64,000 nucleotides of DNA from Octopus sinensis (Eukaryota). The notes beneath the pieces are model-generated. The model saw nothing but the letters and a program-made list of their open reading frames with translations, had not been told where the DNA came from and ran no database searches. The stretch lies in assembly GCF_006345805.1 (NCBI RefSeq), contig NC_043001.1, positions 21,514,001-21,578,000 on the forward strand. Direction: 5' to 3'. A program made the position numbers and the translations under genes. The first letter of the stretch is position 1. Each line of letters opens with the position of its first letter. Below, piece after piece: positions 37,993-52,729 of the stretch.

Positions 37993-37993
<1 letters not shown>
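37601..37993 (+). mobile_element. R4/Dong-type RLE endonuclease fragment followed by (TAA)n
   Basis: INDVAVPGDQHIVMKGREKVDKYGDLRIEIAKMW..VIPIVIGALGSIP; (TAA)n at 37994-38047. Confidence 0.85.
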
Positions 37994-38048
<55 letters not shown>

Positions 38049-38570
38049 CATGTACATTGTTTTATCTTCATGTACATTGTTTTGTCTTGGTATAAAAGAT
38101 GGGCTACAGTAAATATTCTGCTCAATACCACAGATTTGCTTGTCAGTTGTTTGACCTTAACCAGTTGAGCATGTCCCTTAGTGGCTGACGATATGTGCAT
38201 CTCTGATCACGAGCAGAAGTAGTGGGGAAGCATCATAGCCGTGTGTTGAGAGGGATTCTTGGAGGTTTGGATAATTCACCTTTGGAAACATGGGTGTTTC
38301 ATTCAACATCCTTAAACAACCTTTATTCAGGGACCTTTTGAGCAGGATGGGCTACTCGACCAGAAGAAAATTCTAACTGGGCCCTACCTGCAAGGTCATG
38401 TACTGTTGATCTTGATATGAAATCACCATGTCGCGCACATATGGTTGTATGGTTGTGATGCATGTGCCTGGTGTACCCTTGTCAGATGGGTGGTCATGAT
38501 GGGTATACTGGGCTTCGTATATTTTACCCCAGTGTCACTTTGATGGCATGCACTCAATAATATTGATGAT
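38049..38570 (+). mobile_element. Probable interspersed repeat, possibly a retroelement 3' UTR derivative, beside (TAA)n
   Basis: GC-richer block bounded by (TAA)n and AATAAT/(GAT)n; family not identified. Confidence 0.4.
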
Positions 38571-39269
38571 GATGATGATGGAAAAAATTAGAAAACAATC
38601 TTATCGAAAAGTTAATATGGTGCTCAGACTTGAACTGAATGCTGCTGATAAATATGAAACCCTCAACACACTGGTAATACTAGCTGTAACTTAAAACCTC
38701 AGCATCATCAAGTGAACAGTGAACGGTCTGAAGAAACTAGACGCCAAAAACACGGAAAATGCTATCAATGAAGAAACTGCACGTTTCAAAAGCAGATACT
38801 GACAAACTGTAACTTTCAAAGCGGCCGAGGCCTTGTCCAGACAGAATTAACATGCGAACCTACCACCATAGAGTTTGGATAAGTACCTTGAAGCAAGAAG
38901 AGGTCCTCTCCTACAAATAACCAAAAATCACGATGGACGGAAAAACACCTACTCCATAACAAAAAAAAAAGGCTAAAAAGCACAACGAATAGGAGATTCC
39001 AGAATTACCACTTGCTGACTTATAACAACCACCAAAGGGTAAAAAAGGACAAAAACCAAGAACAAAAAAGCATCAACAAAATGCAAAATGGGAGATAAGA
39101 GCAATGCGCGGAAAATACGCATAAAGAGTGAAGGACGTTGGTGTCGACCAACACAGGACATACAAATAGCTCAGGACAGCTGATCTTCAACCAGAAACTG
39201 GCCTCATCATTGCTGCATAAGGCCAGGTCCTTGCAATGAAGTCCCGCCAATATAGAATAATAAAAGGAA

Positions 39270-39665
39270 TATTTTCTACTCTAGGCACAAGGCCTGAAAT
39301 TTTGGGGCAGGGACCCAGTCGATTAGATCGATCCAGTACGCAACTGATACTTAATCTATAGACTCCGAATGGATAAAAGGCAAAGACGACCTCGGTGGAA
39401 TTCAAACTCAGAACGTAAAGACAGACGAAATGCCTATTTCTTTACTACCCACAAGGGGTTAAAGACAGAGAAGACAAACAAGGACAGACAAACGGATTAA
39501 GTCGATTATATCGACCCCAGTGCGTAACTGGTACTTAATTTATCGACCCCGAAAGTATGAAAGGCAAAGTTGACCTCGGCGGAATTTGAACTCAGAACGT
39601 AATGGCAGACGAAATACGGCTACGCATTTCGCCCGGCGTGCTAACCTTTCTGTCAGCTCGCTGTC
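39270..39665 (-). mobile_element. SINE family A dimer
   Basis: head-body-tail-body-parental end. Confidence 0.85.
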
Positions 39666-40039
39666 TTAGAATAATAAAAAGAATGACACCATTTTAAAAA
39701 TTATTATTATCCTATGTTTTTATCAATTCGAATAACAAAACAATAGTTTTAAATTAGAACAGCAAACTTAAAATTTATTCAATTGTTGAAAATAAACTTC
39801 AGGATATAAAGACTTAAATTTCTGATTTTATCTGTTTTGGGAGATTAAGATTTGCGCAGTTTCCGTATGTCCAGACCATCAAATACTCCGCTCTTTCATG
39901 TTACCCATCCTTAAGTACTTCACTGACATTAATGCCGTTGCACTTGAAACATTAGGACTCTCTGAATGAAATCCCACACAACTACGGATACTCTGTGTAT
40001 TAAAGTAACAGCCCTCACCCATTTGTGCTCTGCTAATCT

Positions 40040-40350
40040 ACAGGCGCATGCCCAGAGCAAGCCCGCTCCCTAGGACCCTGCACGCCCCTCTCATCTACCT
40101 TTTAAACAAATTTGCTGGAAAGCAGCACTTCCATCTTTACCTTTGTTTTCCTTTGAAGTGAAACAAGAAAAAGCTGATGAGGACTTTGTCAACGAGGAAG
40201 GTGCCTGCTTTCAACTCTTTCGATATCATACAACACACCACCTCTTTTGGCAAAGTCACCAGGCAGATAAAGACTGCTTATACTTCATGACCAAAGAAAG
40301 GAAATTAACTGGTTGCCGGATTCGCCCAACACTTAACAGCAGGTATTCGA
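40040..40350 (-). mobile_element. Decayed Tx1 ORF2 C-terminal fragment
   Basis: LLLSVGRIR..FLSLV..AKEVVCCM..LISFFLFHFKGK aligns by eye with the C-terminus of the 1-1183 element. Confidence 0.6.
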
Positions 40351-40608
40351 AATAACTCAATAAAACTAGCACTGGACGAGTGTTTATAAAAAAGTTGTGT
40401 TGCTCTGCACACATCTCGGGGCCGGAGGACGGCACTTCCATGTTTGTAGAGGACGGCACTTCTACGTTTGTAGGTTCGTTTCGAACCATCAAGACTCAGT
40501 TTTCATATATCAAGATCTGCTCGTTCACAAGGCTGTTATTATAGACATATGTCTAAAATATCGAATAGTTGGTTCGAAACCACAACATAGGGCTGGAAAG
40601 TGGTATAT

Positions 40609-40677
<69 letters not shown>

Positions 40678-41271
40678 GACAGGCTTCTTTCAGTTTCCGC
40701 CTACCAAATCCACTCACAAGGCTTTGGGTCGGCCCGAGGCTATAGTAGATGACGTTAGCTCAAGGTGCCACGCACTGAGACTGAATCCGGAACCATAGAA
40801 ATTTTATAATTAGCTTTTTACTTTTTCTTTTTACTAAGTCCATAAGGAAATGAAAGTTGTTAAGTGGTGACGGATTAAAGAAAAAAAAATAGATTTAGGT
40901 ATCGGTATTATTTCACAAGCTTAATCACAACAAATTTCTTTCCAAACCATTTTTACTAATAATCAAGAACTTTGAAGAAGCCCAAACGCGACTGTACTAA
41001 GGGAGATGACTCTTATATTTAAATGCCGAGTAGTTTCCCATGATTCTCTTTTACTTGTTCCTGTCATTGGACTGTGGCTGAGCTACGTCACTGCCTCGAA
41101 CGAACCGATTCCCAGTACTTATTCTTTTTTAAAGCTTATTCTATTGTCTTTTGCTGAACGGCTAAGTTACGGGGACGTAGACAGCCCAAAACCGGTGATG
41201 GGAGACAAGCACAAATGCACGCACGGATACATATGATATAACACACACACACACACACGTGTCTGTGTGGG

Positions 41272-41400
41272 GGGGAGGGTGCTGAAAAGTTCCTGGATTT
41301 GGATAAAAGAAAATACAGGAGGATCAGTTCATTATGATTTTATTCAACATGTTCCCCCTTTAAGATTTAGACACTTATTACAGCAGTTCTTCACAGGGCT
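41272..41400 (+). mobile_element. Mariner 5' terminal fragment
   Basis: GAGGGTGCTGAAAAGTTCCTGG, a mariner-type TIR start as recalled. Confidence 0.55.
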
Positions 41401-41509
41401 TTGGTATTTTTTTCTTCCTTTCTTTTTCATTAATTTTTAGATAATTTTAGAACGAAGAGCACGTAATGGTGTGGAAATTCAATAAAGTTTGCATGGAAAA
41501 TTAAACATA

Positions 41510-42110
41510 GGCGTAGGAGTAGCTGTGTGGTAAGTAGCTTGCTTACAAACCACATGGTTCCGGGTTCAGTCCCACTGCGTTGCACCTTGGGCATGTGTCT
41601 TCTACAATAGCTTCGGACCGATCAAAGCCTTGTCAGTGGATTTGGTAGACGGAAACTGAAAGAAGCCCGTCATATATATGTATGTATATATATATATATA
41701 TATATATGTATATAGGGAGAATTCACGAAAAAAACAAAAGACGAAGACAGGTGGTGTAGAAAACAAACAGATGTATTAGTATAACGCTCAGGAATTGAAA
41801 AAGTCTTTTACGTTTCGAGCATACGCTCTTCCACAGAAAGGAACACAAAAAGAAATAAGGAGAGAGAAAAATGTGTGTAGAGGCTACCGATCTATCATGG
41901 CGATGTGTTTGTGTGTCTGTGTTTGTCCCTCCAACATCGCTTGGCAACCGATGCTGGTGTGTTTACGTCCCCGTGACTTAGCGGTTCAACAAAAGAGACC
42001 GATAGAATAAGTACTAGGCTTACAAAGAATAAGTCCTGGGGTCGATTTGTACGACTAAAGGCAGTGCTCCAGCATGGCCACAGTCAAATGACTGAAACAA
42101 TTAAAAGAGT
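41510..42110 (+). mobile_element. SINE family B interrupted in its (TA)n by a hammerhead-bearing PLE terminus (about 41715-41890, minus; motif 41805-41840)
   Basis: SINE head and tail flank the insert; motif core CUGUGGA. Confidence 0.8.
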
Positions 42111-42364
42111 AAAACTATTTTTTAAGTTTCCAATTCAGAATCTGTTACTGATCTTACTTTTAATAATCATACTTGTATTTAACAAAATAATAAATAACAT
42201 TTTTTCAAGACGTTCACGCATTAACATGCATTTTTTAAAGCTTTTAACTATATTGTGAAGACATAGTCTTGAATACTCCATATGGGTTCAACGTTTGACA
42301 TACAGGTGTAGAGTATGTTGATATTTTTAACGGGTCTAATATATGAAAATAGTAATACCCTGTA

Positions 42365-42737
42365 ATTCTTCTACTTGTTTCAGTCATTTGACGGCGGCCA
42401 TGCTGGAGCACCACCTTTAGTCGAGCAAATCGACCACCAGGACTTATTCTTTGTAAGCCCAGTACTTATTCTATCGGAATCTTTTGCCGAACAGCTAGGT
42501 TACGGAGACGTAAACACACGAACATCGGTTGTCAAGCGATGTTGGGGGGACAAACACAGACACAAATAACAAACACACACATACATACATGTATGTGTGT
42601 GTGTGTGTGAGTGTATACGACAGGCTTCTTTCAGTTTCCGTCTACCAAATCCACTTACAAGGCTTTGGTCGGCTCGAGGCTATAGTAGAAGACACTAGCC
42701 CAAGGTGCCACGCAGTGGGATTGAACCCGGAACCATA
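42365..42737 (-). mobile_element. SINE family B
   Basis: Homology to other copies. Confidence 0.8.
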
Positions 42738-43071
42738 GCAATTTTTTAATTAGATTTTTTTTTTCTTTTTACTTTTTTTTATACAATATGGAAACGAAAG
42801 TTGTTAAGTGGTGACGGATTAAAGAAAAAAAAGAAGATTTAGCTATCGGTATTATTTCACAAGCTTTCGGGTTAGTAACAAAAGACCCCCATTACCTTTT
42901 GGAGGGTTGCTAAGACTGGTGGAAAGAGAAGAAGGGAGGAGAAGGGGGAAGAAACTATGACTGATGTGCTGGGTGAGGCGGGGTCTCAGAGAAATTTTAC
43001 AAAGCAGAAGAAGGCATTTTTCGGACCTCGGAGGAATAAAATCTTCACAAAATTCAAGGTGGGACTGGAAT

Positions 43072-43141
<70 letters not shown>

Positions 43142-43159
43142 CCTCTCACTCACTTTGTG

Positions 43160-43419
43160 GTAGAGCGGATATTCATACCAAGGAGGCGTGCCGGCAGAAT
43201 CGTTTGTATGTTGAACAAAATGCTTTGTGGCATTTCTCCCGGTTCTTTAGGTTCCGAGTTCAAATCCCGCCGAAGTCAACTTTAGCTTTCATTTCTTCGT
43301 GGTCGATAAAATAAAGGACCAGTCCAGTATTCGGGTCAATGTGGTAGACTTGCGCCCCACCACTCAAAAATCGCTAACCCTGTAACAGACCGGCGTCACG
43401 TTCTCTCTCTCTCTTTCTC

Positions 43420-43492
<73 letters not shown>

Positions 43493-45690
43493 GCAATAAA
43501 ATAAATACCACGAAGTGATCCGACCGTTGAGCTGAAACAATCGTAAAAGCGTCAGAAAAAATTGTCTACCAACATTTCTTTTCACTCTTTACATTCTGAG
43601 ATCAAATATCGCCGAAGTCATCACACCCCAATCACTTGCCCTGAACCAAAATTTGAAACCTTTATTATCTTTATTTTTAATAAGGCAGCGAGCTGGCCGA
43701 CTCGTTAGCACGCTGGACGAAATGCTTAGCGGTAGGTATTTCGCACGTCACTTCGTTCTGAGTTCAAATTCCGCCGAGGTCGACTTTGCCATTCCTCCTT
43801 TCGGGGTCGATAAATTAAGTACCAGTGAAATTCTGGGATCGATGTAATCGACTAGACCCCACTTCCAAAACTTCGGGCCTTGTACTTATAATACAAAAGA
43901 ATATCTTTACGTTTAATATCTGAGAAATACAGGCGAGCTGGCAGAAACGTTAGCACGCCGGGCGAAATGCTTAGCGGTATTGCGTCTGCCGCTACGTTCT
44001 GAGTTCAAATTCCGCCGATGTCGACTTTGCCTTTCATCCTTTCGGGATCGATTAAATAAGTACTAGTTATGCACTGAGTCGATATAATCGACTTAATCCG
44101 TTTGTCTGTCCTTGTTTGTCCTCGCTGTGTTTAGCCCCTTGTGGATAGTACAGAAATAGGTATTGTGTCTGCCGTTACGTTCTGAGTTCAAATTCCACAG
44201 AGGTCGACTTTGCCTTTCATCCTTTCGGGATCGATAAATTAAGTACCAGTTACGCACTGGGTCGATCCTATCGACTGGCCCCTTCCCCAAAATTTCGGGC
44301 CTTGTGCCCAGAGTAGAAAAGTAGAAAAGATTTTCTGACAGAAGTCGCGACGAACGCTCGTACACTGAGTTCCGCTGTGCTCTGAGTCACTTTAAATCAG
44401 CTAACTGGTAGTAAGATATGCATAATTCCCGAACCTTCCGAAACAGTTCTCCACTTCACCGAAGCCATTTTTTTATAACCAAAGCCCACAATCCCACGTC
44501 ATCAATGTAGTTCACAACACAAGCTGTGCAGCAGCGCGAGAGATGCAGGATTACAACACTTTGAAAAATTCTCCATCGTTGCTACTGATGCAAGAATACC
44601 ATCCGATGGCATTTCTGTAGGAATGGCGATAATCTTTAATCGGTCAGAGATGGGGGAAAACGGAAATGGTATACTACATATAAGAGACAGGGAGTGAATG
44701 TGCGCTCGTCGTTACGGGAGCTGTGAAATAGTTTGAGTAGTGGTATTTCAAGCCTATTTCAAATAAATGTATTGATGATAAATAACTTATTAAGTTTAAA
44801 AGTGAGGCGGCGCACTGGCAGAATCTTTAACACGCTGGACAAAATGCATAGCGGCATTTCGTCCGCCTTTACGTTCTGAGTTCAAATTCCACCGAGGTCG
44901 ACGTTACCTTTCATCATTTCGGGGTCGATGAAACAAGTACGCGTTGAGCACTGGAGTTGATGTAATCGACTTACCCCCTATCTTGAAATTGCAGGCATTG
45001 TACCAAAGTTTGAAACTAATATTAAGTTTAAAAGCTACGATATACAATAAGATGGGCGGCGAGCTGGCAGAAACGTTAGCACGCCGGGTAAAATGCTTAG
45101 CAGCATTTCGTCTGCCGCTACGTTCTGAGTTCAAATTCCGCTGAGGTCGACTTTGCCTTTCAGCCTTTCGGGGTCGATTAAGTAAGTACCAGTTACGCAC
45201 TGGGGTCGATGTAATCGACTCAATCCCTTTGTCTGTCCTTGTTTGTTCCCTCTGTGTGTAGCCCCTTGTGGGTAGAAAAGAAATAGATATACAATAAGAT
45301 TAAGATGATGGAACAGTTAGACAGAGAAAATGATGTTTTATATTAATGGTGAAGTTCAGTTTATGGGTACAAGCATACCATAATACCATACGATAGTATT
45401 TTGGTAAGAATTTCAATCCAATAGTCAGGCTGTTCGGGACAAAACTAATTCTGATCATGCATAGCGATTCGCTGCTACAGCTTAACTATAAATACTAGTT
45501 TCAAATTTGGGGAGGGGAAAGTCGATTAGATCGCCCTCCGTGTTCCACTGGTACATCGACTCTGAAAAGATGAAAGGACAAAGTCGATGACGGCGGAATT
45601 TGAACTCAGAATGTAATGAGTCAAGAGAAATACTGCAAAGCATTTTTCCCCTCCGACGCTTTAGCAGTTCTGCCAGCCCGCCGCTTTTGT
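43160..45690. mobile_element. Cluster of SINE family A copies (43160-43390, 43683-43900, 43932-44320 dimer, 44806-45018, 45054-45285, 45490-45690 minus)
   Basis: Repeated head/body; the 45054-45285 copy has a 15-bp TSD GATATACAATAAGAT at 45039-45053 and 45286-45300. Confidence 0.85.
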
Positions 45691-45824
45691 TAAACTTTGG
45701 ATAATAACACTTTTCATAAGATGTATTGCATACTACTTTTTCATTTCTCCGCAGATATTGATTTCAAATTTTGGCACAAAATTCGTAGGAAAGAGGGTAA
45801 CGATCACATCTACAATAGCCTCGG

Positions 45825-45956
45825 GCCGACCAGAGCTTGTGAGTGGATTTGGTAGACGGAAACGTCGTATATGTATATATATATATATTATATATATATA
45901 TATATATAATAAGAATATATATATATATATATAGATCTGTGGTGTGTGTGTGTGGG

Positions 45957-45998
<42 letters not shown>

Positions 45999-46187
45999 TT
46001 GTGTGTCTGTTTGTTCCACCACCATCGCTTGACAGCAGATGTTGATGCTTTTACGTCCCCTAACTTAGCGGTTCGGCAAAAGATACCGATAGAATACGTA
46101 CTAGGTTTACAAAAAATAAGTCCTGGGGTCGATTTATTCGACTAAAGGCGGTGCTACAGCATGGCCGCAGTCAAATGACTGAAACCA
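45825..46187 (+). mobile_element. SINE family B, 5' truncated
   Basis: Homology to other copies. Confidence 0.8.
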
Positions 46188-46242
46188 GAAAATATGCGCG
46201 CGCACGTAAGAAAGTAAGTTAGTAATATATATATATATATAC

Positions 46243-46273
<31 letters not shown>

Positions 46274-46289
46274 TACTTATATTATTATT

Positions 46290-46455
46290 TGATTGAACGC
46301 CACGCATATATTTCCACGTAAGTTTATCTTAATCTTTTTGATGCGACTCTACTCTATACTATTTTCTCGCCATCGTTTTCTCTCTCATCCTTTCTCTAAT
46401 TCCCTTTTTCGCCTTCAGCGTTTTCTATCTCTCTCTCTCTCTCCCTCTCTCCTTT

Positions 46456-46486
<31 letters not shown>

Positions 46487-46940
46487 GTTGTTCACACGTG
46501 ACCATCGTCCATCTTTCTTTTCCTCGCGTGAACATTTCTTTCTTTCAGGACAGTCCTAAGGACTGGGCGTATCCTACTCTCTCTTCTTTCTTATTTCTCC
46601 GGTATTCGCTATTTCACCCTCGTTCTGGTCTAACGACTTTCCATGTTTGTTTTCGTTCGGGTTCCTTACATGTTTCCACTGTCCTGTTTTTGTTCACAAC
46701 TTAGGCCCTCCATAAATCCTAAATTTTATTTTAGAACTTATGGGAGCAACTGTCTTCGAAGACGCATACTGTCGTTCAGTGCTCGAAATGAGGAGTAGAT
46801 AGACAGCCGACAACTGATGAAGGGTCGTCCTTTATGTTACTTGTCCTGTTTTCTATTTGTTTCTCTCGTTGTTTGCGTATTGAACTCTTTTGTTTTCGTA
46901 CTTCATGTTGTTTACTGTTGGTGACGTCCTGCACCCATAT
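46290..46940 (+). mobile_element. Probable PLE 3' remnants ending in (TA)n
   Basis: Pyrimidine-rich segment containing CTGATGAAGGG, flanked by (TA)n. Confidence 0.4.
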
Positions 46941-47141
46941 ATGCATATATATATATATATATACATTCATATATATATATATACACGTACATATATACAT
47001 ACACATATATAATATATAATATATATATATATTATATATATATATATATATATTAATATTCTATATAATATACGTATTATATAATATATCTATATATAGA
47101 TATACGTATATAATATATAATATATATAATATATATACGTA

Positions 47142-47172
<31 letters not shown>

Positions 47173-47175
47173 CTC

Positions 47176-47247
<72 letters not shown>

Positions 47248-47251
47248 TACG

Positions 47252-47290
<39 letters not shown>

Positions 47291-47293
<3 letters not shown>

Positions 47294-47655
47294 ACCAGTA
47301 TCGCCCGGCGTTGCTCAGGTTGTAAGGGAAATAACTTAAGCATTTTTAGAGATTATAGCCAAAAAATAGAAAAAAAATGATGGTAATTTTTTTCAGAGTT
47401 AAAAAAGGTGGAGTTGCGTCCCCTAGACGGTCTGTGGTTTGGGTTTCTGATTCTCGACCCCATGTCGAATTTATCGATTTTTTTTTCAGAACCGGGGAAC
47501 TTTTCAAAATTTTCGCTGCGTTAGTTTTGAATTATGACATTGGGCTATGTGTGTGTCAAGTTCATCAGAATCGGTTGAAAGCCGTGGTCAGAGTGAGGGT
47601 ACGAGAAAACGACACACAGAAAACGCACAGACAAACTGCCGTTTATATAGAGAGA
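47291..47655 (+). mobile_element. Non-autonomous Helitron-like element between (TA)n tracts
   Basis: ACTACCAGTATCGCCCGGCGTTGCTCAGG start; ACAGAC..TTTATATAG end. Confidence 0.6.
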
Positions 47656-47664
47656 GATATATAC

Positions 47665-47718
<54 letters not shown>

Positions 47719-49036
47719 AATATATAATACGTATATATATAGATATATATATATATAATATACTAATATATTATATAAGTATTATATATAATGTATAGAT
47801 AGATAGATAGATAGATAGATATGTAAGTATTCAGCTTTCTAAAGAATATTGTTGCAGTTTTTTGTCTTTTTTTTTATTATAGTCGATATTATTATATACA
47901 TTTATCGCAAAGTGGTAGCTGCTTGCTGGATCGTTGGAGATGCTGGCTAGTTTGCTTTTTCAGTAATCGTTACTCTCCGAGTTCAAATACCGCCATTCTT
48001 CGTTTCAAGGTTGATAAATAAATAAATATCTTTTACGTGGTCGATTCTTTACTATCTCTCACCCTTTCTTTCTTACTGAAAATTACCAAGACTTACTGTA
48101 TGTGATAGCGGCGATTCTGCACTAACAATGACCTGAAGCCAGGATTTTAGGGGGAAATTATTGATTATAATCAATAATCTTCCCTTACAATTATAGTTGA
48201 TATTTTATCAATGTTTCATAAAGATTTCTGACAAAAGATTTTAGTGGAAAATTATTAAAATTTTGTGACGGTAACTCAGATGTTACTTGTAACTATATAC
48301 AGCTTTATGCTTTTCAATGGACATCACCGTTTAAAAGATTTCTTGTTTTTCTTTTCTTTTCTTTTTCCTTCTTCTTTTTTAACCAACATAAATAATTTTG
48401 GCGGATTTGCTGAATATGGAAAAGTCATTTATTGTGAGAAGTCATCTACTGAGTCTAGGTTACAGCTGGTTCACTTGTCCATTCTGAACGGGTTTCTCTA
48501 GAGAGCCAAAGAATAGCAGACCAGATCTGGCTTTAGTAAATAATTATTCAAAAATAGCATGAATTTCGTCAAACTGATTATAATAATAATGACAGAGGTT
48601 GATTCTTCGACTTATGTACAACGTGCTGGTCATTTTGGCTAATTTATTCCCCGGGGAAATTTACTACTGCCTGCTTATACTGTGACAATTGATGGTCAAG
48701 CCATGCTGGATAGAGGCGGAAAGTTGACGATTCAACAGTGAGACAAAGATGAGGAGAAGAGGGAGTTAGCAGGAGCATGGACTAAATGAGAGAGGAAGTG
48801 AATAAATGCTATTAGATAACAGAGCGAAAGGTTGAATCGAGAAAGAAGAGCGTAATGCGAGCGATGAGATATGATGAGAAAGAACTAGACGTACGATCGG
48901 ACGGAGAGGCGGACAGACGGAAGCAATTGTTACTGCAAACTATTTGAATAAAATGAACGAAAAAGTGAGCGAAAAAGCCAGAGAAGAAAGTGGGGGACAG
49001 AGATTCAGAGACACAGAGACAGAGTGACAAAGAAAG

Positions 49037-49136
49037 NNNNNNNNNNNNNNNNNNNNNNNNNNNNNNNNNNNNNNNNNNNNNNNNNNNNNNNNNNNNNNNN
49101 NNNNNNNNNNNNNNNNNNNNNNNNNNNNNNNNNNNN
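49037..49136. other. Assembly gap (100 N)
   Basis: Direct sequence. Confidence 1.
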
Positions 49137-49177
49137 CGAGTCCGCTGCCCTAACCACTGGGTCATTGTGCCTCCACG

Positions 49178-49208
<31 letters not shown>

Positions 49209-49278
49209 TATATATATATATATATAAATATGCATATATATATACATATGTACGTATGTATGTATATATATGTGTGTG

Positions 49279-49328
<50 letters not shown>

Positions 49329-49550
49329 TACACATGTAGTCTCTTATTGTTTTAGTCATTGCACAGCGGCCATGTTGGAGCACTACCTTGAAGGATTTAA
49401 TCAACCTTCGACTCCAATAAGTTTTTTTTTTCAAGCCTGATACTTATTCTATCGGTCTGTCAAACTGAACCGCTAACTTATGGAAAACGTAAACAAACCT
49501 GCACCGGTTATCAAGCGCTAGAAGGGAACACACATAACTGCAAAGACGCG

Positions 49551-49582
<32 letters not shown>

Positions 49583-49740
49583 TGTATGCATGTATTGGTC
49601 AGTTTTATTTCAAGACTGCTTACCAATAGAGAAAGAGCCGGTTTCTAACCTAGATCCAAGGCTCCTTCATTGGAACTTCAACATCAACAACAGGTTCTTT
49701 ATGTATGTATGTATGTATGTATGTATGTATGTATGTACGT

Positions 49741-49789
<49 letters not shown>

Positions 49790-49809
49790 TTTGTATGTTA
49801 TCTAAGGGA

Positions 49810-50345
49810 AAGGCAAAGGCCGATACAGCTTGGCACCTGTGACGTCGCAACTCATTTCTACAGCTGTGTTAACTGGAGCAATGTGAAATAAAGTGTTTTG
49901 CTCAAGAACACAACGCGTCGCCCCGTCCAGAAATCGAAACCGCAATCTTACGATCATGATGCTGACACCCTAACCACTAAGCCACGCGCCTCCACACAAT
50001 CAAAAGTACGCGTCCAAAATGTGTCTTAATGTAATGTAATACAGCGTAGATGCAGTATGCTATGATTTACGATGTCAAGTTGCGTTATTTTCCGGGGCTT
50101 GCTGTATATATTTCTTTACTGCCCACAAGGGGCTAAACATAGAAGGGACAAACAAGAACAGACAAACGGATTAAGTCGATTACATCGACCCCAGTGCGTA
50201 ACTGGTACTTTATTTATCGACCGACCCCCGAAAGGATGAAAGGCAAAGTCGACTTCGGCGGAATTTGAACTCGGAACGTAGCGGCAGACGAAATACCGCT
50301 AAGCATTTTGCCCGGCGTGCTAACGTTTCTGCCAGCTCGCCGCCT
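49810..50345 (-). mobile_element. SINE family C (49810-49995) and SINE family A monomer with tail (50110-50345)
   Basis: tRNA-like heads on the minus strand. Confidence 0.8.
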
Positions 50346-51084
50346 TAAACAGGGGTTTACGGTTTAATATTGACGAGGGTACAGAGAGGTCGTAGCGAAA
50401 AGAATTAGCCATGTTGGATTTTGTGGTTCGTTTTGTCAAGTGGAAGGAAGCGCCTATTATATGGCCTCTGAGTGTATTTGAAGACAAGGCAAAAGAAATT
50501 TGGCCGTATACTTCCATTGAAGTCTACTCAGCTAAAGGCACTAAAGCTACCCGAAGCTGCTGTCAGACGGGAACCTCGGATTATACCTACTACGCAAGTA
50601 TACCGTAGCGAAATTGAACTCAGAACGCAAAGAGCCGAAACAATTAACGCAAGGCATACAGCCCGATGTTCTAACAGTTCTGTTCAGCCAACGCTCTTCA
50701 TTTATATTCTTTATCGACGTGAAAGAATAAAAGCAACGTTGATCTCAGCTCGATCTAAACTCACGGAGCAGAAGATCAGAACAAATATTGCGTGGCATTC
50801 TATTCGTTTCGCTTACAACGCAGCTGGAACAATACTGTGTTATTTTTCATCCCTGTCTTCTTGTATTCTAATTTATATTTTAATCATTTTAATTGGTATT
50901 CTAATTTTTTAAATCTAATCATCAATTTGGTGTCTTCTGTACTAAGGGAGATAACAAATGATTCATCTATAGCAGTTACTTCCCTTGGACTCTACTTTTC
51001 CTGTATTGGTGGTGTCATTGTCTAATGGCAATGGTGATCTAACTTCACATTTTAGTTAAGTTCTATTAAAGCTCAAATACATGC

Positions 51085-51200
<116 letters not shown>

Positions 51201-51554
51201 TTTTCGGGTTCTATGCTATACATCAGTCTTGCAGCATTGTCATCTATAAATGGCTGAATACAATGTGCTAAATATATAAACAATAGTGATTTAAAATATA
51301 TGTATTCAGAATAAAGCGACAACGAAACTAAAAGTAAATGAATAAAGGCGGCACTCCAGCATGGCCGCAGTCTTGCGACTGAAACCACTGAAGGAATGAA
51401 AGAATAAAAGACTAACAGAAAAACACACACATATAAGTGTACTGAGGAACATCACCATTTATATCATTAAACATTATATGTGCCGCAAACTATCTCCAGA
51501 TATTAGGCTCAATTGCTCGATACTATGCTAATCTAGGGAGAAGCAAGGAGAACT

Positions 51555-52050
51555 TCTAAGTCTGCTAACGCTACGTATAACGCCTTACTTCCCTGGGCAT
51601 GGATACATTGAAACTCCGACGTCTAGCAGCTGACTTGGCAGAAACCCATAAAATTATTAACCATCTTACAAACAATAACTCTGAGCACCTTTTCAAACTC
51701 CACCCATCTAACACCCGTGGACATGTTTACAAAGTCAGAAAACAGCACAGCTCCCATGACTTTCGGATACATATTTTCACGCTAAGAATTACTGAAGTAT
51801 GGAACAAACTGCCGGCATCAGTTGTTTGTTGTCAGAGCACTGCATCCTTCAAAACTTCCATGCTTCCTGAGATTCGCTAACACTACACCTGATTTTCTCC
51901 CCTCCATACACACGCAAGCATGTATCTGATTCATACACTGTTCACTTTCCAGACATTTGTACATTACTGCATATGCTTTATACGCACTTTTGACAAGTTG
52001 TGGTGCACCTGAGCACTGTATACAATAATTTCATTATTATTATTATTATA
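51555..52050 (+). mobile_element. CR1-clade LINE 3' end with (ATT)n tail
   Basis: TLKLRRLAADL..HKII..NTRGH..F..R.TEVWNKLP. Confidence 0.85.
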
Positions 52051-52099
52051 ATGTTCATTTTCGCAGGAAGGGCCTAGTAGAGCAGAGCAGAAATCGAAG

Positions 52100-52305
52100 C
52101 TAGTAAACATATTGCTTTCAGATTTTGGCACACACCCAGCAACTTCGGGGAAGTGGGTGAGTCGATTATATCGACCCCGGTGCTCAACTGGTACTTATTT
52201 TTATCGACCTCGAATGGTTGAAAGGCAAAGTCAACCTCAGCGGAATTTAAACTCAGAACGTAAAGACAGACGAAATGGTGCAAAGCATTTTGCTGGCTCG
52301 CCACC
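52100..52305 (-). mobile_element. SINE family A, parental form
   Basis: Homology to other copies. Confidence 0.75.
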
Positions 52306-52729
52306 TTAAAAGGGGCTTGCAAGTATATTACGAGGTTTTCTAAGTAGTTCATTCTGCAGAGTTCTGACTGGGTTTCGGGCTGATATAGCAAAGAAGAGAA
52401 GTTTAGATTCTATTACTAAAGCTGCGAAGAAGGCCAGTAAGTGGATTTGGATTAAGCGGAGAGACAAGTGGTTTGCTGCAACTGGAATGCATGCTGGGAC
52501 TTGATCACTCCAGGCTGAGTCAACTGGATGAGGTTTGATACTGAAAGAACCAGAACTGCCTGAGACCCTAGAAACATCATTGACGACGCATCCTGAACAT
52601 ACATAAGATGTGTCTTAAAACTAAATGAACACTCTATAGTGCTTTACTTTCTGTGGGGAAAGGGGCTGATAAATTACTTTAGATATTTTATCTAACGTAT
52701 ACGTGTTTACATTATATAATCTAATAAAA

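Noticed and set aside
50411-50912. ORFs of 65-146 aa between SINEs
   Set aside because: No recognisable domain; partly overlap decayed SINE sequence.
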